Source: Magnetococcales bacterium DCbin2 (lineage in GTDB: Bacteria > Pseudomonadota > Magnetococcia > Magnetococcales > UBA8363). Taken from it: a stretch of 62,206 nt of DNA. A program made the translations under genes and the position numbers. The stretch spans positions 1 through 62,206 of the forward strand of contig PEAO01000004.1 in NCBI GenBank assembly GCA_002753615.1, in the 5' to 3' direction. Positions 10,033-21,800 of this stretch are shown here, in pieces. Below the pieces are notes generated by a model. It worked only from the letters and a program-made list of their open reading frames with translations, ran no database searches and was not told the origin of the DNA. The stretch's first letter is position 1, and each line of letters starts with the position of its first letter.

Positions 10033-12783
10033 ATGGGGACTGTATCATTTTTGCAGGGCCGGAGTCTCAGTGGTAAGCTGTTACGAATTCTTCTCTCCCT
10101 GACAACGGTGGCGGTTCTGGCCCTGTTCCTGGTTCTGGAGTTGGATTTTTACCGAGGCGAACGTGCGCGATTGGTAGAAAGTCTGGCCCGGTTGGTGAAC
10201 GTGCAGGGGGCCGCCGTCGTCGATGCCGTTTGGGAGTTTGATCTGGAGCGTATGCGCGCCTTGCTGGTGGAACAAAGCCGTCTGTCGTTCTTCCAGGCGG
10301 CGGAGGTGATCGGCAAAGGGGGAGAAATTCTGGTTTCGGTGGGCGATACCGCAACACCGCCTCGTTCTCCCGATTTCCGCCTGGAATATCCGCTGCGCCA
10401 CCAATCGGCATCCGGCATGATGATTATCGGAAAGCTGGTCGTCACGGTTCATGATGATGGTATCCGCGCCGTCATGATCCAACACCTCAAAGTTAATGGT
10501 GCCATCCTACTAACATTGCTGGTAGCCTTGGCGGCGGGCACGCTTGTCGGCGTGCGAATTGTGATCGGTCGCCCACTCGAGGAGTTTCGCGGTGCCATCG
10601 AGCGCCCCATGGAGGTGCAAATCGAAACTCCGCTGCAATGGAGTCGCGATGATGAACTGGGCAAGGTGCTTGGTGCCTACAACGTCATGTTGGAAGCGCG
10701 CAACCAAGCCGAAATCGCTACCCGTCAACGTGAAGCGGAACTGCGCGAGGCCGCCAGAATTGCCCAAGAGGCCAACGCCGAGTCGGCACGTTTCAACCGT
10801 CTAGCCATTGGACGGGAGATGCGTATCATTGAGTTGAAAAATCATCTCAATGATCTGGCCAAAAGTGCGGGTCAACCATTGCCATTTGACCGTTTGCAAG
10901 CAGACGATCTCTCTTTTGCCGATACGCCAGCGACCGAAGATGTCGGAGGAAAGAACCCTTTGGAGTTATTGCTGGGAACTACCGATGTGCAATCACTGTT
11001 CAAGAATTTCTGTAATGCCGTGGGGGTGGCATCCGCCATCATTGACCTAGAAGGGAAGGTTCTGGTTGCGGCTCGATGGCAACGTGCTTGTACCGATTTC
11101 CACCGGGTCAATGAGGTGACCTGCACCCGTTGTATCGAAAGCGACACCCATTTGTCGAGCCGTCTCCAGGAGGGCCAGAATTACACCATTTACCGCTGCC
11201 GAAACGGGCTGACCGACGCCGCCTCACCCATTATGGTCAACGGACAACATTTGGCCAACGTGTTCATAGGGCAGTTTCTGGTGGCTCCCCCCGACACCGC
11301 CTTCTTTGCGACGCAAGCGCGGGAGGTGGGATTCAACGAGGTGGACTACCTGGCCGCCATCGCCGAAGCACCGGTCATTGCCGAGGAAAAACTCCCATCC
11401 ATTTTGAGTTTTTTAAGCCATTTTTCCAATCTTCTGGCAACCTTGTCCATGGAGCGTAATCGGACGGCGACAGCACAAATATCCCTGCGCCAGGGGACAC
11501 TGGCGGCCCTCAATCTTGCCGAGGATACCGAACTGGCTCGCAAGGAATTATCTGCCTATAAAGACCAGTTAGAGGAGATGGTTGCCGAAAGAACTCAGGA
11601 GTTGCGTGCTAGCGAGGAACGGATGCGCAGCATCATCGAAAACGCTGCGGATGGGATCGTGGTTATCGGTTCCGACGGCACTGTGCAGAGCTTCAGCCCT
11701 GCGGCTGAACGGATCTTCGGTTACAGTGCCAACGAGATCATCGGTCGCAATGTTTGCGAACTTATGCCCCACTCAACAATAAATGGACCTGATGGTACCA
11801 TTTGCCATGATCTTACATCGCGTGATTCTCATATCATCGGCACCAATCGCGAAACCATCGGTCGGCACAAGGATGGCCGTGAATTTCCCATGGATTTGGC
11901 GGTCGGCGAAGCAACCTTGGGCGATGAACGGATTTTTACGGGTATTCTCCGCGACATCTCCGAGAGGATAAAAATTCAAACCGAACGCGATAAAGCTATG
12001 GAACTGATTTCCAGTTCGATTCAATACGCCAGTCGCATTCAACGCTCGGTACTTCCAAGCTCCAGGGCCATGGAACGGACATTCGCTGATTATTTTGTAC
12101 TCTGGGAACCGCGTGATGTGGTTGGCGGTGACATGTACTGGTGCCACTCCTGGGGAAACGGCGTCCTGATGGCGATGGGCGATTGCACCGGCCATGGGGT
12201 GCCGGGTGCCTTTATGACCTTGATCGCCAATGGTGCTTTGGAACAGTCGCTCTTGGAAACCCGGCCAGGGGATCAAGCCACACTCATCCAACGTATGCAC
12301 CAGTTGATTCAATTCTCATTGGGCCAGGATCAGGAAGAAAAGTGGACAAATCAGGGCGATGCCTCGGACGATGGTCTTGAAGTGGGTGTTTGTTTCATCA
12401 ACATTCGCCAAAAAAAGGTGACTTTCTCCGGTGCCCGTTTTTCTTTGTTTGTCGCTGAGGCGGGGACAATCCGAGAGATCAAAGGAGATAAAACCGGCAT
12501 CGGGTACCGGGGCATTGACCGTGATCGTGATTTTACCAGCCATGAGATTGAATTGAACCCAGAGAAACGGTTCTATATGACCTCCGACGGTATTCTCGAT
12601 CAGGTTGGAGGGGACAAAGGGCTTGGATTTGGCAAGCGGCGTTTCACCCAATTGCTTGCCGATGTGTGGGAGATGCCCATGGCGCAACAAAAAGAACAGA
12701 TCCAACAGGCTTTGACCGACTACCAGGGAAACCAAGGCCGACGCGATGATGTTTCGGTGATCGGTTTTCAGGGACAAAGCTAG
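10033..12783 (+). CDS. siaA: SiaA-like membrane PP2C/SpoIIE phosphatase with HAMP, PocR-like and PAS domains, 916 aa
   Basis: Two TM helices and HAMP (RDDELGKVLGAYNVML). PocR-like ACTDFHR..CIESD..YRCRNGLTD. PAS FSPAAERIFGY. PP2C motifs SSIQYASRIQRS, WEPRDVVGGDMYW, DCTGHGVPGAFMT, DDGLEVG, TSDGILDQVGG and RRDDVSVIGF. Confidence 0.85.
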   Translation: MGTVSFLQGRSLSGKLLRILLSLTTVAVLALFLVLELDFYRGERARLVESLARLVNVQGAAVVDAVWEFDLERMRALLVEQSRLSFFQAAEVIGKGGEILVSVGDTATPPRSPDFRLEYPLRHQSASGMMIIGKLVVTVHDDGIRAVMIQHLKVNGAILLTLLVALAAGTLVGVRIVIGRPLEEFRGAIERPMEVQIETPLQWSRDDELGKVLGAYNVMLEARNQAEIATRQREAELREAARIAQEANAESARFNRLAIGREMRIIELKNHLNDLAKSAGQPLPFDRLQADDLSFADTPATEDVGGKNPLELLLGTTDVQSLFKNFCNAVGVASAIIDLEGKVLVAARWQRACTDFHRVNEVTCTRCIESDTHLSSRLQEGQNYTIYRCRNGLTDAASPIMVNGQHLANVFIGQFLVAPPDTAFFATQAREVGFNEVDYLAAIAEAPVIAEEKLPSILSFLSHFSNLLATLSMERNRTATAQISLRQGTLAALNLAEDTELARKELSAYKDQLEEMVAERTQELRASEERMRSIIENAADGIVVIGSDGTVQSFSPAAERIFGYSANEIIGRNVCELMPHSTINGPDGTICHDLTSRDSHIIGTNRETIGRHKDGREFPMDLAVGEATLGDERIFTGILRDISERIKIQTERDKAMELISSSIQYASRIQRSVLPSSRAMERTFADYFVLWEPRDVVGGDMYWCHSWGNGVLMAMGDCTGHGVPGAFMTLIANGALEQSLLETRPGDQATLIQRMHQLIQFSLGQDQEEKWTNQGDASDDGLEVGVCFINIRQKKVTFSGARFSLFVAEAGTIREIKGDKTGIGYRGIDRDRDFTSHEIELNPEKRFYMTSDGILDQVGGDKGLGFGKRRFTQLLADVWEMPMAQQKEQIQQALTDYQGNQGRRDDVSVIGFQGQS

Positions 12784-12823
12784 CGCAGCTCTACCCGTCA
12801 ATTCAGTTCGGGTAAGCCACTAG

Positions 12824-12860
12824 GCCGGAATGAAGGCTTGGAAGAGACCTTCATTCCGGT
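12824..12860. terminator. Hairpin between convergent siaA-like and giant-protein genes; probable bidirectional terminator
   Basis: Perfect 12-bp stem CCGGAATGAAGG (12825-12836) / CCTTCATTCCGG (12848-12859). There is no strong U-tract. Confidence 0.6.
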
Positions 12861-12865
12861 GCGGG

Positions 12866-15800
12866 TTATTGCTCGCCTTGAGCATCTCCAGCCACCGCTT
12901 GCTGCACTTCGGTGACGACCTGGGAAAATTCTTGCACACTCATCGGCTCCGCTTGGGCTTGTACCGCTTTGGCCTGATAATCGGAATACAAAGTTTCCAT
13001 ATCGAGAGTAGGATTCCCTGTGACATGTTGGGTGATCAGTTGCGTGACAACCGAAGCGATCAAAGATCGTTGCGGCGCAGAAATCTTTGCCAAGGCATCG
13101 ACTACTTTTTGCGCCGCTTGGCTTCCCAGGTTCAGACCAGGGAGGGTTGTTATCGCTGCTGGCCGGTCATTCGCAGGCCCATTGGGCTGTCCTGGCACCG
13201 CAGTACCTGAGCGTTCACGAGCCGTTTGCATGTTGTCCAGCAGACTTTCCACGGCGCGGGTGATTTGTTGGGTATCGACATTCCGTTGTCGTTGCCCGGC
13301 GGGGGTATTTCCCGGTACTTCAGTGGTTTGTCCCGTTGGCGCGTTATTGTTTTGGGCCGTGGGTGATCTTGGAGTGTCGGTGCCGGAAACCGTGGTTGTC
13401 TGCGTTGTTTGCGTCGGCCCTGTTGGGGTGTTTTGTTGCCCAGGACGGTCACCTGAATTGGGCTGTGTACGATTGAAGCCATTGATGACGGAAACCAACT
13501 GCTGTTGTGCCGATTGTTGGAGCGGTTGAGTTGGGGTGGTTGGGGTATTGGCACCAAGACCACGATTCACGGTTATCCCTGACCCTGCGTTGAAAAGACC
13601 TGAAGCCGACCCGGATGCGCTGGAAGCCCCCTGACGACTAGGACCATTATAAAGATTCGACAACAGCGCATTATCACCAGCGTTATTTGCCAGATTGGCA
13701 CCCGTCAAGGTAGACCCACCCAAGGTGACGCTTTCACGGATAATGGGGGAATTGATCGGCGGCAAACGACGACCTTGGGTTGCAATCCGGTCAAGATTTT
13801 CCAGTAGCGGTGAAGACAGGATGATATCCCCAGTATTCGAGGTCACCCTGGCATTGAAAATCAACTTCGTCCCGCCACCATTGCGGGCTTCCAACAGGAT
13901 GTCACCCGATTGGGTGGCGATGGCATTCTGGACCACCATACCACCGTTGCGGGCGGTAACCAGGATGTGACCATTTCCCGTCGTCGATAAACCGGAAACC
14001 ATTAACGAACCGGCATTATCCACGGCGATGCCACCCGATCCGGCCTCTACATAGAGGTTATTGGCCGCCACTTCCAACGCATCCACACCATAGCTCAAAG
14101 CCAGATCAAACAAAGCTTGCGATCCTCGGAATCCGGCAACAGAAAAATCATACAAATCAAGGATGGCACTGGATCCCACAGCCTGACCCGCCTTCAAACG
14201 CAGCGTTGGGGCCGTAATATCCATGGAACCATGGCCATTGTCGAGAATGGAACCTCCGGCCACAAGATCGGCCAAGGAACCGGCTCTGAGTTCACCCGCA
14301 AGGAGGATGGAATGTCCACTGGTCCAGGTCATCTGATTGCCGACGATGATGGTGCCATCCAGGAAACTGCCACCCTGAACCATCAAGGTCATATTGGCTT
14401 CCGTTCTGATTTCTTGACCGCTTTCCAAACGGAATCCTTTCCGGGTGGTCATGGACAAATCTTGGCCGGCGTGGATATTGCCCTTGGATTGAATCTCTCC
14501 CTGCATATCAAAAAGGCCCTGTTGACCAATTTCCAGATTGCCACCGTCGATCAACAGCCGGCCCAGGGCGTTGATGGTCAGGTTGTCGCCTACCGTCACC
14601 TGACCCAAAAGATCCACATTCCCATCCACCGTCATCTGAACCGATCTCTGACCAACAAAAGCAGCATGGTTGGTCATGGTCAAATCATTGTGGGTTGTGA
14701 TGCGGGTGTCGGTGCCACTCTTGAGGTGACCATCGACAACCACGGCGTTATCGATAATCAAATCGACCATTGTATCCCCATTCAAGGTTCCCCCGACCAG
14801 CATCCAACCACCATGGCCGGTCATTATAATATCTGAACCCGATGTTACATCTCCGGCCAAGTCAATATCTCCGGTACTCGTCACCGTGAGGGATTGTCCC
14901 GTGGCAAGGGTTCCAGAGGCCAATGCAAAACGACCAAGTGTTTTCAGGTTGGTAAAGGTACCCGACTTCCAGTCGCCAGCCAAGTTGATACCACCCCCAG
15001 CCTCCATGACAGTCGATTGACCCGAATCGAGGTTCCCAGTCAGTTGCATGGTCCCCGCCGCAGTCAATCGGACATCGGTTCCCGCCTTGACCGAACCAGG
15101 CGCGAAGGTGATGCCACCCCGGGAATTCATCTCCACACCCCAGCCACTGGTCACGGTTCCATCCAGGAACATCTCACCCCCCGAAAGAATTGCGGTTTCA
15201 TAGGATGTGGTCAGCAGGCCGGCCAAGGAGACCGAACCCAGTGCCGCCAGATGGAGGTCTTTCCCCGCAGTGAAGTTTCCTTGGCTGACGCGAATATGGG
15301 CCTTGGAATCCATCACGACATCCAAGCCACTGTGTATCCCACCCACCAATGCGATAGCACCACCCGCTATCACCACAGTATCGTGACCCGCCTGTATGTT
15401 TCCTTGAACACTCACCGCATTGACCGCAGTGAGCCGTGCTGAAGTGCCCGCACCGATGGTTCCAGGGATGAACTGAATACTTCCCTTGGAATCGACCCAT
15501 ACCTCTCTTCCTCCGGTCAGATTCCCCTGCCATACCACATCTTTTCCAGCGGTGATCCGAGAATCACGACCGGCATGTACGTCGCCTGTGACTGTGAGGG
15601 GGCCTGCCGCCGTCAGTCGTAGATCCACACCGGCATCCATCTGCGCGGATGACAAAGTAATACCCGCCATGGAATCCACCATCACATTCTGACCACTCCG
15701 CACAGTACCCGCCAGAACGACTTCTCCTCCAGCAGTGATCCGGGAATCACGACCGGCATGTACGTCACCTGTGACTTTGAGGGGACCTCCCGCCGTCAGT

Positions 15801-18800
15801 CGTAGATCCATACCGGCATCCATCTTCGCAGGTGCCAAAGTCATACCCGCCATGGAATCCACCATGACATTCTGGCCACTCCGCACATCACCTGTCAAAA
15901 CCACTTCCCCACCCGCCCCAATAGTGGTATCCCGACCTGCGGTCACCATGCCATCCACCGAAAGGGATTCCACCGCATGGATCCACACCGAAGCACCCGC
16001 ATCCACCCGTCCATGCGTCAACCGCAGACCCGCTTTGGAATCCATGGCAATCTCTCGACCACCCTTCACCTGCCCATCCCAAAGTATGTCACCCACCGAT
16101 GTCACAGTTGCATCCTGACCAGCGGTTACCCCACCGGTCACCTGAATGGCTCCTTCCGCAGTCAGTTTTACATTGGGATGGGCATCCGCCGTCCCTTGGG
16201 TGAATGTGATCCCTTTTCTGGAGTCCATCGTCACGTCAAGGCCGCTCGCCACAGCACCCACCAGGGTAATGTCTCCACCGGCGGTCATGGCGATATTTTG
16301 ATCGGAGGTCATATCCCCTTCCAAGGCCACCGCTCCAGCGGCATGGATAACCAACGATGCCCCCGCGTCCACCATTCCATGCGTCAGTTGAATATTCTTG
16401 CCAGAATCTATCACGGTTTCCCGACCACTCTTCAACGTCCCATCCCAGAGGATTTCATCCTTTGCGGTAATCGTCGCATCCTGACCCGCTTTGACTTCCC
16501 CATCGATGTGTACCGCTCCCGCCTCTGTCAGCAAAGTAACATGGACTCCCGCATCGACCGTTGCCCGGGTCAACCCAATCCCCGTTGTGGCGTTCATATG
16601 AACGTCGCGACCACCCGTTACATCACCACTCCAGGCAATCTCACGCGCCGTCTCCACGATGGCATCCCGGCCTGCGGTGATTCCACCCTGGATACGTATC
16701 GCATCGCGTGCCGTCAGTCGTACATCGATGCCAGCATGTACCGTTCCGGGGGCAAGGGTAATACCGGCTTGCGAATCCACCGTAAAATCCAACCCACTCA
16801 CGGCATCACCCATCAAGGTAACCTGACCACCTGCGGTGATGGTAGTTTCCCATCCCGATGACACATCCCCCTGGATCTGCGTTGCGCCCGCTGTTGTCAT
16901 TTGCAAGGTTTTACCGCTCTTCAGATCACCTTGGATCATCTCAAACCGGCCTTGAGATTGGATGGTCATCTGTTGGGTGGCGGTAACATCGTCCCGCAAT
17001 ACAATATTCCCTTGCGCTTCCATCTGGAGGGGACCGCCAACCGTGATGCTGGCCAGACCCGAAGTCATGTGTCCCCCAACATCCACGATGGTTGCCGCCC
17101 CTGCGGTAACGTTGGTTTCCAAGACCAAGTTGCCTGGGGTTTGGATCGTCATCGCCCCCCCGGCGTGAATACCACCAGAGTGTGCCGTCAGGTCTCCCGA
17201 TCCCAAATATGTGAGTGTTCCACCGGCAAATATCCCATCGGGGTTAGTATTTATCCGTTGGATGGAACCATCCCTGTTGACCCGGTTGTTGGCAACAGCC
17301 ACTTCACCCACGGTAACGGCGGGACTTGATACATGCAGCGTGGCATCCTGACCAGCCCGGACGGCCAGCGTGCTGATGGCGACGGGGGCGACATCACCGT
17401 TCAACGTGATCGTATTGGCCGCCTGGAGAGCCAGACCGGCTGCCCGTATAGCGGGATGATCCCCTGGGGACTCCAGTGTGATGGACCCTTGGGTCACATC
17501 CAGTGCGATGGCGCGGTAACCCGCATTCATGGTTCCATTGAAAAACAGATCCCCAGCGGATTGAATGCGGATATCTCCGGTCCCATCGGTACGGATCACC
17601 ACGTCTTCCCCGGTAATCATGCGACCATGGAGTGCCACGAGGTCTATCCCCTGGCCAAAGTTGGCCAGGATGGAACCCTCTTCGATGGTGATGTCCCTTT
17701 GGGCGAGAATCGACAAGGCACCACCCGGTGTCTGAAGATTACCATCCAGATGAATATCACCCTCGGCACCCGTTGCTTCCAAACGAATGTTACCCTGTTC
17801 GCTGTGAATACCGCTCTCATCGTCATCGCTGCCAACATGGACATCCAGCAAGCCATGGGCAGTAACGATCATGGCCCCATCACCATGGGTAACCAGATCG
17901 GATTGGGTGGCGAAATCACCATAGTCTTCCACGGTGGCGTCATCCAATACTCGGAAGGTTGTCACCGATGCGACACCATCGATGGTCAACGAACTGGCAT
18001 CGTCGATGAAAAGAGCATGACCGTCGGCGGCAAGGGTTGCCGCTTCAATGGCGAACGGATTGATGGCATCGCCCAGGTCGCCACGAGCTTGCAAACGCAA
18101 TTCATTGGCAAAAATTTCGCTCTGTGGACCGGCAGCGCGAATGAAACCGCTTTCGGAATTCAAGGAAATAGACCCCCAATCTCCCTGAGTCGTCAGGCTG
18201 TCATCCGCACGGGAAGTGGCATCACGGGCATCCACTGTACCGAGGAGGATAGGCCCCGCAGACTCAAAACGGATGGCCCCACCATCGGTTTCCACAAAAG
18301 CGGCTTCATCCATAGAAATGGTTGTCCCACGGGCAGAAAGGATGACCGTCCCCTCCCCGCCGGTGCGCACCCCCGCCATGACCCCCATGTCGATCATGGC
18401 ACCGTCCAGGGTGATATGACCATCCCCGGATTGCACCCGTGCCTGGAGTTCCAGAGTACCGCCCGAAATCAGAATGTTCCCTTCCAAACCGGCATCGACC
18501 GCCACCCCATCTCCATCGAGGCCGTCTGTGAAGCGGAAGGAGCCATCGGTATCGGCAGTCAGGATAATGTTTCCGACGCCGGTGGTCACGTCTTCCAAAA
18601 ATTCCCGACTACGGGTCAGCGTTGCGTCCTGTTCCACCCGGGCGATATCCACATTCACCCGATCCACCACAAAACCATCGGTATCGTACAGTCCGACCGA
18701 TCCAACATCGGTTACCAACGCCCCATGGCTAATCCTGACATCCAGGAGGTCCAAGACACCATCGACATCGGCACCAACGCCGAGACTGGCGGCAATCGAC

Positions 18801-21800
18801 AATCCCGATGCCACAATCAACGGATCATCGCCGACCGTTCCATCTTCGATTCGTCCACCCACCACCAACCCCACATCCCCGATACCTGCATCCATCCGGC
18901 CATTGAGGACAAGATCACCCGTGGTCCGGTAGCGGATATCACCATGGCTGAGGCTCCCCGTCGTCGTCAAAGAACCCGCGCCGAGAGTCAAGGTACCATA
19001 TTCCGCTTCCACATCGATGGAGGCGGCACGGGTTTCAATCCGAACCCCGTCACCCTGGGTCAGATCATGGCTGCCAAACAAGGTGATTGCACCACCATCG
19101 GCGATGACATCGGCCAGCATGGTCAGGTCTCCGCCGAGACCACCGGCCCGTTGCAGGATGGAACCACCACCCATCATCTGGATGCCATCACCGTCGATGG
19201 TCAGGAAACCATCCAGAGTTTGTACGACCAGATCCCCGCTCATTCCAATGACCAACCCACTCAAAGTGTCGGCATCTTCCGGCAACGTCACCGTATCATC
19301 GGCGGCAACCCGTTGCCCTGGGACCACATCCACCGTGGTGATGGCAAGATCGGTCGCTTCGGTGATGAATGTCCCCTGGGCAGCGACCGCCAAGCCGACG
19401 ATTTCAGTTTCCAGATGGTTGTCCCCCATGCCAATTCCGCCGGCCACCTGCATACGCAGATCATGGGCGAAGAGATTCATCACGGGGGCTGCGCTGTCGG
19501 CCATATCCCAAATAGCACCGCCTACCGACATGCTGACATCACCCCATTGATCCTGACTTGAGAGAGTTGAATAACCGCGATCCAGAACGGTGCGGGTATC
19601 GATCCGGTTCAAGATCAGATCGCCCGCCACCGTCATGCGCAGATGATCCCCATCGGTGGCAAACACCGCCCCTTGTCCCATGGTGATGCTGTCAGCGGCA
19701 AGATCCAGGGTATCCCCGGCGTGGACCCAGACATTCTGCGCCAACGTGATCTCCTCCGTGGCATACAGGCTGATAGCCCCCTGGCCACTGGAAATATGGG
19801 TACTGACCATCAATCGATTGGCAGAATCAATCAGGACATTTCCCTGGCCACGGGAATTGACTTGGGAAGAGACGGTGATATTTTCGGCATCGTTGACCAG
19901 GAAGATCCCTCCCGCCGTTTCCGCCGTGGAAAGCCCCGTCCCTAAGATGGTCAGACCATCGACCTCATGGAGGAACATACCGCCAGAGGTGGTATTGGTC
20001 CCCTGAATGGTCGCCACGTTCAGGTTCAGATCATCGGAATCCAAACCGACACCCGTAGCCGCCAGCAAAGTCAGATCATGGGCTGAAATATTGGCTGTTT
20101 CACCCGCCAACCCGTCGCGGATCGCCCCGGTGGTGCTGGTCAATGTGACGCCAGCCAAACCAAAAATCGACCCGACGGTGAGATCACCCCCATCGGCTGT
20201 AACGAAAATACTCCCCGCAGCATGGTCATGGGAAAGGGTAAGGTCCACCACTTCGATATCGCCACCTGCCGCGATTTCGTTCAAACGAATAGTGCCGGTA
20301 GCACCACTGTTTTCGGCGAATACCCGATCCACTTCCAGGTCGATATCATCGGTGGAGCCGATGCCACTGACGGCACTCATGGAAAGATCGGAGGTGATGA
20401 CGTTGGCCGCTTCACCGCTCATGCCATCCCGGATGACACCATTGCGTGCCAGGAGGGTAACGGTCGCACCTTGAGATTCAATCTGATGCAGGGTGATATC
20501 ACGCTCGGCATCCAGGGATATGGCACCGCCATGGGAAAGAATTTTTGCCATTTGCAGGATACTGCTGGCATTGCCCTGGGCCAGGAGATCCACATCACCA
20601 GCACCGGCGAGGCTGATACCGCTTCCCGCTGCAACCAGAGTCAGACTACCCCGTTCGGTAATGACCAAGATTCCGGCATCATTGTCCGCATCGGTTTGAT
20701 TCAAGCGCAGGATATCCAGGCCACCACCCGCTGCCATTTCGGTGATGCTGATCCCTCCGGTGGCACCGTGGTTGATGCCGTCCAACGACACCGCCTGGAT
20801 TTCAAGGTCGCCATCAGTAATTTGGGTTCCCAGGCCAGTCATCGCCGAAAGGGTCAGTTTGCCCGATGTGATGATGTTGGCGGATTCAGGGAGAATACCC
20901 TCGTCCAGAGTATCCAGAATGGCCCCGGTTTGCGCGTGTATGGCCACATCGCCCGTGATATTCAATGTCGCGCCCAGTTCAACCGCACCACCAAAAATGG
21001 TCAAGTCATCCGACACCCGCGTGGAACCGACATCAACCAATCCGGTACCCAAGGTATCCCTACCCACGGTGATTTGCGCAAAGCCATCGACCAAAGCGTA
21101 AAGATCGGCATCGGAGATATCCAGATCGGATGCGTTCACGGTACTCGGTGAGCCGATGCGAATGGTTTGATCATCCACTGCCGCCAGCAAGGTCAATGCT
21201 CCCCGGCCCAGGACGCTTTGATACCCCCCGGCAAAGTCGATTTCATCCCCTTGCACGGTGATGTTACCTGCCCCCACATCCAGCACTTTAGAAAATGTCA
21301 GACTGTCTGCGGTAGACAGATCGACGGATCCAGCGCGCAAGGAACCTTCAAAATTGACGCTGCCAGCGATGGCACTACCCCAGACTAAACCGGAAACGGT
21401 CATATCCTGGTCAAATCGCACAGTCCCCAAATTCAACATTTGGAGATCACCGGCCAAGGTCGCGCGATTTTCCAAAATAACCGAATGGGCATTCATAAAA
21501 GAGAGGTTGGTTACGACGGGCGTGCTGGGTTTAACCGCCCCGATGCGACCTTGAAGCAGAATATCGGATGCGGCGTCCATGGTCAGGCTATCGGCACCGG
21601 TAGCGGCATCGTTGTCGCCGGTGATCAGGTCGTTGTCCACATTTTCCAGCAGGATGGAACCCGATGTCGCGGTGATACTCCGGTCACCAGAAAGGGCAAT
21701 CTTGTCATGGATGGTCAGATCGCCACCGACAGTTAGATCACCTTTAAGATCATAGGTAGAGCCTGAACCCAACACGGTATAGGTATGCCCAGCCGAGATG

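Noticed and set aside
11620-11960. FixL-like heme PAS in the SiaA-like protein
   Set aside because: The overall pattern is similar, but the His expected at the heme-ligand position is not evident (LMPHSTINGPDGTI), so O2 sensing is unsupported.
17333-19561. 742-aa plus-strand ORF and many other long ORFs antisense to the giant gene
   Set aside because: These are shadow frames of a GC-rich, codon-biased gene. They have no recognisable motifs and overlap a well-supported CDS completely.
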